Shown here in pieces: positions 1 to 10,575 of a stretch of 64,000 nt of DNA. Source of the stretch: an uncultured archaeon (GTDB lineage Archaea > Asgardarchaeota > Lokiarchaeia > Sigyniarchaeales > SOKP01). The first letter of the stretch is position 1. Each line of letters begins with the position of its first letter. The notes under the pieces were generated by a model. The model was given only the letters and a program-made list of their open reading frames with translations. It was not told where the DNA came from and did not search any database. The stretch is taken from positions 1 to 64,000 of the forward strand of contig CAZBPC010000008.1 of assembly GCA_964493715.1 (NCBI GenBank), written 5' to 3'. Position numbers and translations under genes: made by a program.

Positions 1-570
1 GTCTATGATATCGATAGTACTCAATTTGCAGAAATGCTTTCAATGATGATAGATGAAGGAACTGACTATGAAGGTAACGAAATTCTGGGTGGCAAGATAG
101 AAATGAATTTTGGATGTGTCGCAAACCCTAATAGCAACCCAAGAGAACCTGAAATTTTTAAAGTTGGCCGAAAGGTTGAACAAGGGGTAGATTTCATTCA
201 AACACAAACCGCATTTGATATTGATCAAGCAAAAGAGTTTCTCAAGGAACTAGAACAATTTAATGTACCAGTATTACTTGGGGTTTTCCCTCTAAAATCT
301 CATGGAATCGCTTGGTATTTTGATAATTATATCCCTGGAGTAAGCGTTCCAAAAGATCTACTTAAAGCACTTAAGAAAGCAGAGAAAGATAACAAGGGAA
401 ATAAACAAGGCAAATATGATGCATTGGATAAGATTAACATTGAATTTTTCGACCCATTTATCAAAGAAATCAAGAAAACAACGAAAGCTGCGGGAATACA
501 TTGCATGGCTGTTGAATATGAAAGACTTTTTGAGCCTTTATTGAAAGATTATCCGAAATACGTTAATTAA
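1..570 (+). CDS. metF: Methylenetetrahydrofolate reductase, paralog 1 (5'-truncated by the window edge)
   Basis: Frame is open from base 1 (VYDIDSTQFAEM...). Motifs VANPN, GVDFIQTQ, PVLLGVFPLKS, AGIHCMAV. Clearly paralogous to 13524-14471. Confidence 0.85.
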   Translation, partial: VYDIDSTQFAEMLSMMIDEGTDYEGNEILGGKIEMNFGCVANPNSNPREPEIFKVGRKVEQGVDFIQTQTAFDIDQAKEFLKELEQFNVPVLLGVFPLKSHGIAWYFDNYIPGVSVPKDLLKALKKAEKDNKGNKQGKYDALDKINIEFFDPFIKEIKKTTKAAGIHCMAVEYERLFEPLLKDYPKYVN

Positions 571-654
571 ACAAAAATCAAAAATGATGAATTTTTTATT
601 ATAAATTTTAAAATTTTTTTATATATTTGTAAGAAAAACGGTAGGTAGAAAAGA

Positions 655-1101
655 ATGAAAAATATGGATGAGAAAGATAAAAGAATATTAGAAATGCTTA
701 TAGAAGATTCTAGAAGACCATATCGTGAGGTTGCAGACGACGTTGGTTTGTCTGAATCAACCGTAAGAAAACGAGTTTTAAAACTTCAAGAAGAGGGAGT
801 AATCGAAAAATTTACAATAAAAATCTGCCGTGAAGAAGAAAGATGCATAATAGCTTTTCTTACCCTGATTCCGAGAAACGAATCTGAAATGAAAGAATTA
901 TTACGTGAAACACAAATTATTCCTCAGTGTGAGGAAGTATACTTTCTTGCAGGTCAATGCGGAGTATTAGTGAAGGTTCATATTCCAGAAATAACAGAAT
1001 TGGATGCTTTAATTGAAAATTTCCGGGGAAGAAGCGATGTAAAGAGCGTTGAAAGGGTATGCGTGGTATTAAAACCAATCAAAACACAATCTCAAAAATA
1101 A
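655..1101 (+). CDS. Lrp/AsnC family transcriptional regulator
   Basis: N-terminal HTH (DEKDKRILEMLIEDSRRPYREVADDVGLSESTVRKRVLKL) plus a C-terminal RAM-like domain. Confidence 0.9.
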   Translation: MKNMDEKDKRILEMLIEDSRRPYREVADDVGLSESTVRKRVLKLQEEGVIEKFTIKICREEERCIIAFLTLIPRNESEMKELLRETQIIPQCEEVYFLAGQCGVLVKVHIPEITELDALIENFRGRSDVKSVERVCVVLKPIKTQSQK

Positions 1102-1249
1102 ATTCTTCAAGATTAGGATCAAATTTTTTGAGATCTCTAATTTTAGATACTTAATACTGCTTTTATGATGAAAAGTCAAGTTTTTATGTCGATTTATATT
1201 TTATAATTCGATTTAAGATAATTATACTAACTTAATTATTAGGCTTAAA

Positions 1250-2245
1250 ATGATGGATACTGCTATTAGACTTGAAAATATTATAAAAATATTTAAAAAT
1301 AAGCAAAATAAAAAACAACCCAAGGAGAGCAGAGAAATTATTGCTTTAGGAGGGATTTCTCTTGAAGTCAAAAAAGGAGAAATTTTTGGTTTGTTAGGAC
1401 CAAACGGAGCAGGAAAAACTACAGCCATAAGATGTATTGCAGGTATCCTTCAATTAAATTCGGGTAAAATTTACATCAATAATCAAGAGTTAAATAGATC
1501 TACAGCGCATTTGGTTTGAACAAATCTTGGATTCTTGACAGAAAATCATGGTAACTATGAAAATCTGACTCTTCATGATAATCTAGAATTTTTTGGTAGT
1601 TTTTATGCATTAGATAATCTTGAAGAAAGGATTGATGATACTTTGAAACAAATGGGACTGCTTGAACGAAAAGATATGAAAGCAGGTAAACTTTCTAAAG
1701 GACAAAAACAAAGACTAGCTATCGCTCGTACTATACTTCATGACCCGGAAATTTTATTTTTTGACGAACCTACAGCAGGATTAGACCCTTCAGCTTCGGT
1801 CCACGTGAGAAATCTCATTTTAGAATTAAAACGAGAGGATAGAACGATATTCATCAATAGTCATAATTTGGAAGAGGTACAAAAAGTATGCGATCGAGTT
1901 GCGATTTTGGATTTGGGAAAGATTAAGAGAATTGGTGAACCTAGTGAATTAGGCAAGGATTTATGGGATGCTCAAGAACTGAGATGTTCATTAAAGGATC
2001 CTATATCCTCAAAAATCAATTCATCGTTATCCAAATTAGATTACATAAAAAAATATAAGATTGAAGATAAAGATATTATAATATACTCTGATAATATAGA
2101 TGAAATAACTCCAAGGATCATAAAAGAATTAGTAAGATTGGATGCCAATATATTAGAGGTTAGAAGAACCGTTCACTCCCTTGAAGAAATTTATCTTAGA
2201 CTTATGAATGAAAAACAAGGTGATCAAAATGGATTTAAAAAATAG
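1250..2245 (+). pseudogene. ABC exporter ATP-binding protein interrupted by one in-frame TGA (1517-1519)
   Basis: ORF 1250-1519 (Walker [10 protein letters not shown]) and ORF 1535-2245 (LSKGQKQR, FFDEPT) are in the same frame. The joined sequence HLV*TNLGFLTEN has normal ABC spacing. Confidence 0.75.
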
Positions 2246-3041
2246 CATTAGGATATTGAAGAAAGATTGGAAAACTTCAGTTAAGCGTAAGGAAATTCTT
2301 GCCATAATGACCATCTTTCCTGTGATATTTACAATTTTTCTTCCGATTATGATGTTAATTGGACTTTTAGTTGACCCAAATGCTTTTATGAGCGAGTTTA
2401 GTGACCCCGCTTTATTGAGATCAATCTTACAAATTCCTCCCTATTATAATGATGCGTTAGCTGGAGCTATTATGGTAATTCGAATGATTGTACTACCACT
2501 ATTTTTATTTATACCTGGAATGATGCCAATTATTATCTCATCTGACTCTTTTGCCGGAGAAAAAGAAAGAAAAACAATGGAAGGAGTACTCCTTTTACCC
2601 ATAACCAAGGCAGAATTAATACTTGGAAAGGTCTTAGCATCATTTATCCCATCAATGGTTATCTCCCTTGCATGTTTTTTCGCATTAGGGATAATCGTCA
2701 ATTTGATGTTATTATCATACTTAAATGGAATTATTCTATTTTTTTCTGATATCCCAATAATGCTCGTAGGATTACTGTTAGCTCCGTTTTGGGGCTTGTT
2801 AAATATTCAAATTAGCGTAATTATTAGCTCTCGAGCTAAGGATATGAAAAGCGCTCAAAGTATCAGTGGTGCCTTGATTACTCCCGTTTTAGGTATAATG
2901 TTAATTCAAATCTTTAACCCTGCGTTTTTAACGATTACTACAGTTTTATTATTCACTGGGTTCATAGCTTTATTATGGTTATTTTTTATTTATGTCAGTA
3001 ATAAGGTATTAGATCCTGAAAAATTAATCTTGATGCTTTAA
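2229..3041 (+). CDS. ABC-2 type permease
   Basis: About 6 TM segments and the SFAGEKERKTMEGVLLLP motif. ATG at 2229 follows a GGTGA SD-like site; overlaps the ATPase end. Confidence 0.85.
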   Translation: MDLKNSIRILKKDWKTSVKRKEILAIMTIFPVIFTIFLPIMMLIGLLVDPNAFMSEFSDPALLRSILQIPPYYNDALAGAIMVIRMIVLPLFLFIPGMMPIIISSDSFAGEKERKTMEGVLLLPITKAELILGKVLASFIPSMVISLACFFALGIIVNLMLLSYLNGIILFFSDIPIMLVGLLLAPFWGLLNIQISVIISSRAKDMKSAQSISGALITPVLGIMLIQIFNPAFLTITTVLLFTGFIALLWLFFIYVSNKVLDPEKLILML

Positions 3042-3050
3042 ACTTTTCAT

Positions 3051-4085
3051 TCAAATTTGGTGAAAATAATATTTTCCATTTTTTTCCACTTTTTCCACTT
3101 TTCCTTGATATTCTAAATAGATTAAATGACCGAGCACTTCACTCAAAGCCATGTATGAATTTATCTCATCTAATTCCGTTCCAAAATGTATTTGAGAGAT
3201 TTTAAAAGGCGTGAGTGCTTTGTTGTGTAAAATAGCTAAAATTTCAGTAATACGTTTTTCGTGATGCTCTCTAATTTCTTGAATTCGTTTATGGGCGTCA
3301 TAAATTATGTCTTGGTGAGCGGGAAATATAACTTTTGGATTTAAGTTATCTATTTTTTCCAATGATTTTAAGTAATGGTCCAGAATGTTATCAAAATGAC
3401 GATCTTCAAATTCATTTTTCAGAGCTGAACTTATAACAAAGTTGCCAATATGAGGAGTTATCCTTGATAAGATATGATCTCCCGAAAATAAATACCCATT
3501 CTTCATATTAAAAATGCAGATATGACCAAAACTATGACCAGGTGTCCATATTATTTTTAAATCATTTAATATTATATCTCCATCATGAATCAATTGATCT
3601 GGTTCTTGATATTGCAAATATTTTGGCCATAAGGTAAGAAATTGAACCACTTGTTTGCCTTGCTCTTCTGAAATCCCATACATGATCATTAATTTAGCAA
3701 TCTTAGTGGCTTCTTCACGAAATTCATCTTCATTGTTTTTATCAGTTTCCCATTTAAAAATTCGATGAGTAATATCATGCATTAAAAGTTGTAAATCTGG
3801 ATTTTTTCTTTTAAATTTCTTGACAAGTCCAATATGATCGGTATGAATGTGGGTTATGATACAATAATCAACATCGGAAAAGCTATAACCTTCCTCGTTC
3901 AACCCGGAAAAAAATAGTTTACTCCAATTTCCCATATTCAAACCAGCATCAATAAGAACTGTCTTTCCATTCACTTCAAATAAATAATTACTCACAAATT
4001 TTACTCCAAAAGGAACGTCAATTTTAATCCGTACAACGTCATTTATTTTTGAGATTTCTGAAGTGAATTTCAACATATTAACCAC
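3051..4085 (-). CDS. Metallo-beta-lactamase fold hydrolase with C-terminal winged helix
   Basis: THIHTDH, TPGHSFGH, SGDH and PAH motifs. Confidence 0.9.
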   Translation of the reverse strand: MVNMLKFTSEISKINDVVRIKIDVPFGVKFVSNYLFEVNGKTVLIDAGLNMGNWSKLFFSGLNEEGYSFSDVDYCIITHIHTDHIGLVKKFKRKNPDLQLLMHDITHRIFKWETDKNNEDEFREEATKIAKLMIMYGISEEQGKQVVQFLTLWPKYLQYQEPDQLIHDGDIILNDLKIIWTPGHSFGHICIFNMKNGYLFSGDHILSRITPHIGNFVISSALKNEFEDRHFDNILDHYLKSLEKIDNLNPKVIFPAHQDIIYDAHKRIQEIREHHEKRITEILAILHNKALTPFKISQIHFGTELDEINSYMALSEVLGHLIYLEYQGKVEKVEKNGKYYFHQI

Positions 4086-4130
4086 ATGACCATATAATAT
4101 TAATTTATATAAGAAAAAAAAGAATAAGAT

Positions 4131-4841
4131 TTAATCTTTAAGGCCATAATACATGAACCAAAAACTTGTCAGATAACCGATCCTTACGAAAATAATCATC
4201 AATCCTGGAGCTGTCAATCCCTCTAATAATCCAAAAACGCAGAAAAATATAGCACCCAACGAAAGTAGGAAGAACTTTTTCTTCAGTATTCCTGTTGATT
4301 GAAAAGCCTTGATCAGAAAACCAACTCCAAGTAAAAAGATTGTACTAAGTAGAAAGAAAGCCATAAGCATCCCTGCTATTGATAGTATAATTGTATTATA
4401 GTCAATTAAGAGCTCTCCTGGGATTGCGGGATAAACAAAGTTAAATGCTGCAAATGGGTCTATAAAGATGATAATATAAAAAAATATGCTTAATACTGTA
4501 AATATTGAGATTATAACCCATTTTAGTTTAGGTACCAACAATTTTGATCCTATATATATCGCAGTAATAATTGCTGGTGGTAACCAAATATAACTCAAGA
4601 TACCCACTAAACCATTAGTATTATCAATGTTAATATGTGAAATAGAAATAAGCACAGTCAAAAAATCTAAAAATACACCTAAAAACACAAGACCTGCAAA
4701 CAAATTGGCCAAACCTAAAGCAATTAGGATCTTAGCATTAGTTTTTCTAGATTTATAGATGAAGAAAAATCCAAAAAGGAATCCAAAAATCACGACTCCA
4801 GACGCCGTAAGACCATCTATCCAACCAATTAAAGTTAACAT
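4131..4841 (-). CDS. Multi-pass (about 7 TM) membrane protein, function unknown
   Basis: Seven hydrophobic segments in a long intact ORF. Confidence 0.75.
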   Translation of the reverse strand: MLTLIGWIDGLTASGVVIFGFLFGFFFIYKSRKTNAKILIALGLANLFAGLVFLGVFLDFLTVLISISHINIDNTNGLVGILSYIWLPPAIITAIYIGSKLLVPKLKWVIISIFTVLSIFFYIIIFIDPFAAFNFVYPAIPGELLIDYNTIILSIAGMLMAFFLLSTIFLLGVGFLIKAFQSTGILKKKFFLLSLGAIFFCVFGLLEGLTAPGLMIIFVRIGYLTSFWFMYYGLKD

Positions 4842-4952
4842 TTTTAATCATTCCCACTAAAATTTGATACTTCAGATAGATTTAACAGAAATATAGGAAA
4901 TATAAGAAATGCCATATAAAAACATTTACAAAAGTGAAAAAAAAAAAATCTG

Positions 4953-5732
4953 TTATTGTCTTGTTTTTTTCTGAAAAATAAGAATTCCAATTAATGTAAA
5001 GCCAATTGTATAAGCCAAAGTGATTAGAATTCCACCCCATAATGGAATTGAAGTTAATTCTGCTGAAACGCCAATCATTGAACTGCTATAAAGTTTTTCA
5101 AATAATCCATTACCTAAAACCGTAATTTGTAGATATATTTGCTTTGCCCAAAAAGGTGGGGTGAAAAAGACAATTGGACTTTCGAATGGAAATAATGCAC
5201 CAGAAAGGAACATCATTGGCAAGTAGTAGAATAAAGCGATTGCATTAGCTACTTCAGGAGTTTTTGAGATACTTGCAATTATTATTCCAATTCCTACTGA
5301 GGAAATACCGAACATAAGCGCAACAAAAAATCCTATTAATAATTCAATGACGCCTATGACAGGAATTTGCAGAATTATATATCCAAGTATGAAAATAATA
5401 ATGATCTGCAGTGCATTTACAATAGTTTCTGACATTAGGGCTCCAAGAAAAATGTTTTTTCTTCCTGTAGGCATTGTATCTAAACGTTCGAGCATTCCTG
5501 AAGTTTTATTTACTGAAAATGCAATAGCTGCACTTGGAGTTCCTGCGGCTGTAGTGTAAATTACCATTCCTGGAAAACTATATTTAAAAATTTCAGCTCC
5601 AAGGAAGAAATAAAATAATAATGTAAACATTATGGGAAATCCAAGAGAGAAAAAAAGATATTGCCATTGTCTTATCTTATATTTCAAATTCATAATGCAA
5701 ATTATTATGGCTTTATTTTCGGTCAGCATCAT
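4953..5732 (-). CDS. ABC-2 type permease
   Basis: Hydrophobic; GMLERLDTMP and FLSGALFP motifs; ATGA overlap with the upstream ATPase. Confidence 0.88.
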   Translation of the reverse strand: MMLTENKAIIICIMNLKYKIRQWQYLFFSLGFPIMFTLLFYFFLGAEIFKYSFPGMVIYTTAAGTPSAAIAFSVNKTSGMLERLDTMPTGRKNIFLGALMSETIVNALQIIIIFILGYIILQIPVIGVIELLIGFFVALMFGISSVGIGIIIASISKTPEVANAIALFYYLPMMFLSGALFPFESPIVFFTPPFWAKQIYLQITVLGNGLFEKLYSSSMIGVSAELTSIPLWGGILITLAYTIGFTLIGILIFQKKTRQ

Positions 5733-6700
5733 TTATCTCTTAACCTCCTGCCCGTTAAATTTAGAAAAACATCCTCTAATGAATTTTGACGGAACTTCAT
5801 ATGTTCTACTTCCTCTAAATTTTCTATTATAAGCCTTAGAATTGCCTCCAAGTTTCTCAATCCCCCTCGAAATGCAACAAAAAGCTTTCTTTTTCCAATT
5901 GCTTTACAATCTGCAATAAATGATAAATTTTTAATGTTGATCTGTTTTTGCAAGAGTTCCGTTTCCTCTTCTTTAAATGTGAGAATTTCTAAAACGTTAT
6001 CACTTCCAAATTTTTCTTTCAATTCTGTTGGTGTGCCTTGGGCAATAACTTTTCCTTGATCTATTATTGCTATATGATCACTTAATGAGTCAGCTTCCGC
6101 CATATCATGAGTCATTAAAATAATGGTAATATTTTTTTGTTTCAATTCACTTATAAAATCCCACACCAACCTACGTGCTTGAGGATCAAGCCCAGCAGTG
6201 GGTTCATCAAGAAAAAGAATTTTTGGATCATGTATTAAAGACATCGCTAAATTCAATCTTCGCTTCATGCCTCCAGAGAATTTTTTTGACCACATCTGTC
6301 TCCCTGCAATCCCAAATTTCTCTAATAATTTAATTGCTCTTAAATGTGCATCCTCTTTTGGAATTCCATTCATTCTAGCAACAAATTCAACATTTTCTTC
6401 TGCAGTTAAAACGTCATAAATTACGACATCTTGAGGACAAACACCGATTATTTTTACAATATCCTCTCTCTGTTTCTGTATATCAAAACCATCGATATTA
6501 GCAGTCCCATCTGTTGGGGTCAAAACTGTAGTTAACATTTTCACTAGGGTTGTTTTTCCCGCACCATTAGGACCTAAAATACTAAATAATTCTCCTCTCG
6601 GTATTTCTAATGATATACCATCAACTGCCTTAATATCTTTAAAATGTTTTTTTAGATTGATTATTTGAATTATGTTTGATTCTTTTAAAAGAACATTCAA
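5729..6700 (-). CDS. ABC exporter ATP-binding protein (DrrA-like)
   Basis: [23 protein letters not shown], and C-terminal SLEDVFLNLTG. Confidence 0.93.
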   Translation of the reverse strand: MNVLLKESNIIQIINLKKHFKDIKAVDGISLEIPRGELFSILGPNGAGKTTLVKMLTTVLTPTDGTANIDGFDIQKQREDIVKIIGVCPQDVVIYDVLTAEENVEFVARMNGIPKEDAHLRAIKLLEKFGIAGRQMWSKKFSGGMKRRLNLAMSLIHDPKILFLDEPTAGLDPQARRLVWDFISELKQKNITIILMTHDMAEADSLSDHIAIIDQGKVIAQGTPTELKEKFGSDNVLEILTFKEEETELLQKQINIKNLSFIADCKAIGKRKLFVAFRGGLRNLEAILRLIIENLEEVEHMKFRQNSLEDVFLNLTGRRLRDK

Positions 6701-6762
6701 TTTTATTCAACTGAATTTCTTGAAATATTAATATTAATCAGAAACGTAAAGAAATATTTAAA

Positions 6763-7065
6763 TCATCTTGAGACAGATTTTTTTTCATCTTGATTTTCAT
6801 CCTTTTCAAAAAACAAGCTTTTTTTCAAACCGAATTCCAGATCTCTCAATTTATTCTTGATCTCGATTGGATTATAATCTTTTTTTAATAAATCTATTAT
6901 AGTCTCCTTGAGGCTTTCTAAATTATCAACTGCGCATTGATAAAAAATGTTATTTTCATCCATGCTCATGCTTAAAATCTCGAATAACCCTGTTAGTGAA
7001 TCTCTAATCTTTTCCCAGTAAATCCACGCTTTTTCTATGTCCGAGGGTTCATCAAATTCTGACAT
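6763..7065 (-). CDS. Hypothetical helical protein
   Basis: 100-aa ORF with host-like composition and a TATA-like element upstream. Confidence 0.7.
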   Translation of the reverse strand: MSEFDEPSDIEKAWIYWEKIRDSLTGLFEILSMSMDENNIFYQCAVDNLESLKETIIDLLKKDYNPIEIKNKLRDLEFGLKKSLFFEKDENQDEKKSVSR

Positions 7066-7258
7066 GATTATTGTAATGCAAAATTCAAAATATAAGTTTT
7101 GATCTCACATCTTAAGTCCTAATCTATGCATTTATTTTTCTCTAACTAAATACTGACCTATCATCTCTATATTATTTTACCCAAATTTCTTAGTACCATA
7201 ATGATGTTAAAATTCTAAATTTTGGCGGATAAAAAGAAGTGAGAATTAAAAAATTATT

Positions 7259-7600
7259 TTATTCTGTTAGGAGTTTTTTCAACTCACTCGATAAATCTTT
7301 TGCATCTTGTTCTGAACTTTCTAGAAGCTTGAATGTTTCTTCAGCATTTACCCTTAAAGATCCATGAAGTAGTTTTTCAAAACCTATTCGAGTATTTAAT
7401 CTTTCAGTTTTCTGAAGATGAAATATGACTCTTCCTAACTCATCTTTCAGTTTACCTCCTGAGTCTAAACAAATATTTAGCAATGAAGGAGCCAACTCTT
7501 CGATACTATCTAAACTCATGTGGCTAGATAACGAATAAACCTCTTTCATTTGTATATCTGAAAGGCTCAGGATTTTTTCTTGAAGTTCTAATATTTCCAT
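7259..7600 (-). CDS. Hypothetical protein
   Basis: 113-aa ORF with a GTGA SD-like site upstream. Confidence 0.7.
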   Translation of the reverse strand: MEILELQEKILSLSDIQMKEVYSLSSHMSLDSIEELAPSLLNICLDSGGKLKDELGRVIFHLQKTERLNTRIGFEKLLHGSLRVNAEETFKLLESSEQDAKDLSSELKKLLTE

Positions 7601-8089
7601 TTTTCTTGATCACATCCAATATCTTGATTTTATTTAATTTTTATTTATTAATATAAGAAAGAAGAGTTTGATATTTAAAGCTAATGGGATAAAATTTTTG
7701 ATGGATTTGCCGAGTTTGGGTGAATTCTTAAGAATTCGATCAATTTGGGATTTTATAATACGGAATTCGGAATTCATATTTCTCTGGGGGATTCAATTCC
7801 CAAAAAAGGGATTCATGGAATGTTGACATGTTATAATATAATATAAAATACTCTTTTTATGACATTTTTCAATAAATTATATTCAAAATGGTGCGAAAAA
7901 AGTCAAGTATAACCTAAAAAAAGTGTGTTTTTTTTGATCAAAAATCTTCAAAATTTTTGTTTTTGTTACCTTTTTCTTAAATATTTAGAAAAAAATATTC
8001 GTTTTTGATTAAAACGGTATCTTTCATTCATTTTAACTAAGTTCTTTATTAAAAATCTTCTTCTACTATGAAAATTTTATGAATTTGAT

Positions 8090-8290
8090 CTACTTTTTAC
8101 TTCTTCTTTTTAATATCTCGAATAACTCAATGATTACCCCAAAGCTAGCAAATGTATCCATATATGCAAGATTTAATATTCCCATTATTCCAGATTGCAG
8201 AATTCCTATCCCCTTTTCTTTAAAAATCTGAACATAATTTTTCTCCATCTTTAAATACATATCACAACTGATGAATTTTAAATTTTCCAA
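8090..8290 (-). pseudogene. Probable C-terminal remnant of a VOC/glyoxalase (methylmalonyl-CoA epimerase-like) gene
   Basis: KEKGIGILQSG...AYMDT...FGVIIELFE resembles the last beta strands of VOC proteins; the N-terminal half is absent. Confidence 0.4.
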
Positions 8291-8501
8291 AATCTAATTT
8301 ACCGTTTACAGACATTTTTAAACCTTAAAATTTTGATAGATTTTATTATCTTCATCAAGCAAATATATATTCCTTTATTATTTTGATGATATAACCATCT
8401 TATCTTTCACTTTTTTCCATTTCAATAACAATTTAAACAACAAGTTCTTTAATAGATATTATATACAACTCACATTTATTAGCAAAAGGATAGAATGTAA
8501 C

Positions 8502-9989
8502 ATGGAAAAAGATTTAAAAAAAGAGCTGAATAAAGTAATCAAGAAGGAGCGCGTACAAGGTAAATTAATAAGATACATGAATAAGTGGGGTAAAATATTC
8601 TTATACGTTCTTCCATTGATTTTAGTAGTGATGGCTATTTTAACGCTATTTAATTACGCCTTGCTAGATGCAACATTAACTATTGTATTCATTATTATAC
8701 TTGTTTTGTATGGAATTAACTCAATCGTTCTAATTCTTGGAGCTATGAAAACCGAAAAGAGTTTAAAGATGAGACTTAACTTTGAACGAAGAAGAGGAAG
8801 ACCAATAGATAGTCTAGATGGATTTGATTTGTTATTTAGTGGAGTTAAGCGGGTAACTAATCTACTAAAAATAATAGGGTTGATATCCATCGTATCATTA
8901 GTATTATTCCTTCTTATGGTTCTTGAACCTGCGTTTTCCGATATAGGGTTCGCAGCCATTGGCTTTGCTTTAATTGGTTTCGGTTTGGCATTATTGGTAA
9001 GAAGTTTAAACTTAAATATCCACGATGTGAATGGTCTTCAAGACTTTTACAAGCCAACAACTCATCAAATTTTCTTGGATAATTTTTTTGGGGAGGTTTT
9101 TTCTGACCACCTCGATCCTGTAACTTACTTAAAATGGGATGAATACTTGGCAGGGATTAACAAATTATTAAATCCACGGTTCATCCAAAAAGTAAAAGAG
9201 CAAGAAGCTGATGAGCTACCTATAACATTCGCAATAGAGCGAATTTTATTTCTCTATTATCTACGCTTTCAGAATGTTATAAACAAGGAACAATTCGCTG
9301 AAGAATTAAAAGAAATATTTGATATCGATTCAATTGATTACGACATTGAAAAAGGTCTTATGATTGAAAGTTCTTGGTATTTCTCAACAAAGGATATCTA
9401 TAAACTTTTTGATTACATCAAGAAATATAATCCGGGATTTTTCAACATTATAGACCGCCTACAATTAGAACTAGCAGATAACATTACTCGTATTTCAAAT
9501 GATCCAATTTACATGGATTCAAGTGCGCAGGAGATTACATACTTGAATAGTGAACTTAATATTATGATATTTCTGTATAACAATGCAATTAACGATAAGA
9601 ATTACAAGATTAAAGTTGTAGCTCCTGGATTTGATCCCCATGAAGTAATACTGGATATTAATGTGGAGGGAAGAGGCACGTTCTTGATTCCCAGTGAACC
9701 CATTCCATTAATTTCAAAAGGATCAAATGATATCGTAGGAATACTCTCATCAATGCTGGAAAATGGAGATACAATTTGGTTAACTTTAGAACCAAGAGAA
9801 GTAGGAGAACAGACCATCCAAATTTTCTTAATGGATGAATATGGCACCATTATCGAAGGAAAAACTCGTGCAATAAAAATAACTAAAAATATAAAGGATT
9901 ATTTCAAGAAATTGACTTCAATAGGGTCCCTACTCGGAGGTCTCGCAGTCCCAATCGCAAAAATGCTCCCTTATCTATTAACCCCCTAA
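8502..9989 (+). CDS. Membrane protein: 4 N-terminal TM, large soluble domain, hydrophobic C-terminus
   Basis: 495-aa intact ORF with this hydropathy pattern. Confidence 0.75.
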   Translation: MEKDLKKELNKVIKKERVQGKLIRYMNKWGKIFLYVLPLILVVMAILTLFNYALLDATLTIVFIIILVLYGINSIVLILGAMKTEKSLKMRLNFERRRGRPIDSLDGFDLLFSGVKRVTNLLKIIGLISIVSLVLFLLMVLEPAFSDIGFAAIGFALIGFGLALLVRSLNLNIHDVNGLQDFYKPTTHQIFLDNFFGEVFSDHLDPVTYLKWDEYLAGINKLLNPRFIQKVKEQEADELPITFAIERILFLYYLRFQNVINKEQFAEELKEIFDIDSIDYDIEKGLMIESSWYFSTKDIYKLFDYIKKYNPGFFNIIDRLQLELADNITRISNDPIYMDSSAQEITYLNSELNIMIFLYNNAINDKNYKIKVVAPGFDPHEVILDINVEGRGTFLIPSEPIPLISKGSNDIVGILSSMLENGDTIWLTLEPREVGEQTIQIFLMDEYGTIIEGKTRAIKITKNIKDYFKKLTSIGSLLGGLAVPIAKMLPYLLTP

Positions 9990-10227
9990 TCTTATTTTCT
10001 TTTTTTATTAAATTTTGATTTGATAATTAATTTTATGCAATTTTAATAAACATTTATTTAATAATAATTGCTCTAGATTTTAAATATCTATAATTTGGGA
10101 GAACTCTTATAACTATTTAATCTTTAGCTTTACTTCCACGGAGATAAAAAGTAAATTATTAGACATAACAAACAAGTTTAAATGGATTCAATGATAACAT
10201 TATATGAGAAAAAAAAAATGATTTACT

Positions 10228-10530
10228 ATGCATAGAATATGGCAGAAGAGAGTACCATTTCAAAGCGATAAAAACTATGTTCCGTTATTAAAATGTTTAA
10301 CCGAATGTGATAAAGGAAAAGAACTTGAAGTTGTGAACGTGGAAGCGGGGTATCATGCAAAAAGGAGATTAACTCAACTTGGACTATTTCCTGGTACGAA
10401 AATAATAAAAAAACAATCTGCACCATGGAACGGTCCTGTGGAAATAATAGTTAGGGGTACTTCTTTAGTGATAGGTCGTGGATTAGCTGCTAAAATTATG
10501 GTTTTATGTCATGATCATTGTTCCACCTAA
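10228..10530 (+). CDS. feoA: Ferrous iron transport protein A
   Basis: RRLTQLGLFPG...GPVEIIVRGTSLVIGRGLAAKI motif; directly upstream of feoB. Confidence 0.92.
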   Translation: MHRIWQKRVPFQSDKNYVPLLKCLTECDKGKELEVVNVEAGYHAKRRLTQLGLFPGTKIIKKQSAPWNGPVEIIVRGTSLVIGRGLAAKIMVLCHDHCST

Positions 10531-10575
10531 TTTTTAGAAAGATTTTAATATTTTATAAACTCACGGTTACTAATA

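Noticed and set aside
1505-1530. Second BHB intron around the ABC ATPase TGA (small ATTTG/CAAAT hairpin)
   Set aside because: No bulge-helix-bulge geometry, and protein spacing is already normal, so nothing needs excising.
10159-10172. DtxR-like box (TTAG-N6-CAAA) upstream of feoA
   Set aside because: Too degenerate to support in such AT-rich DNA.
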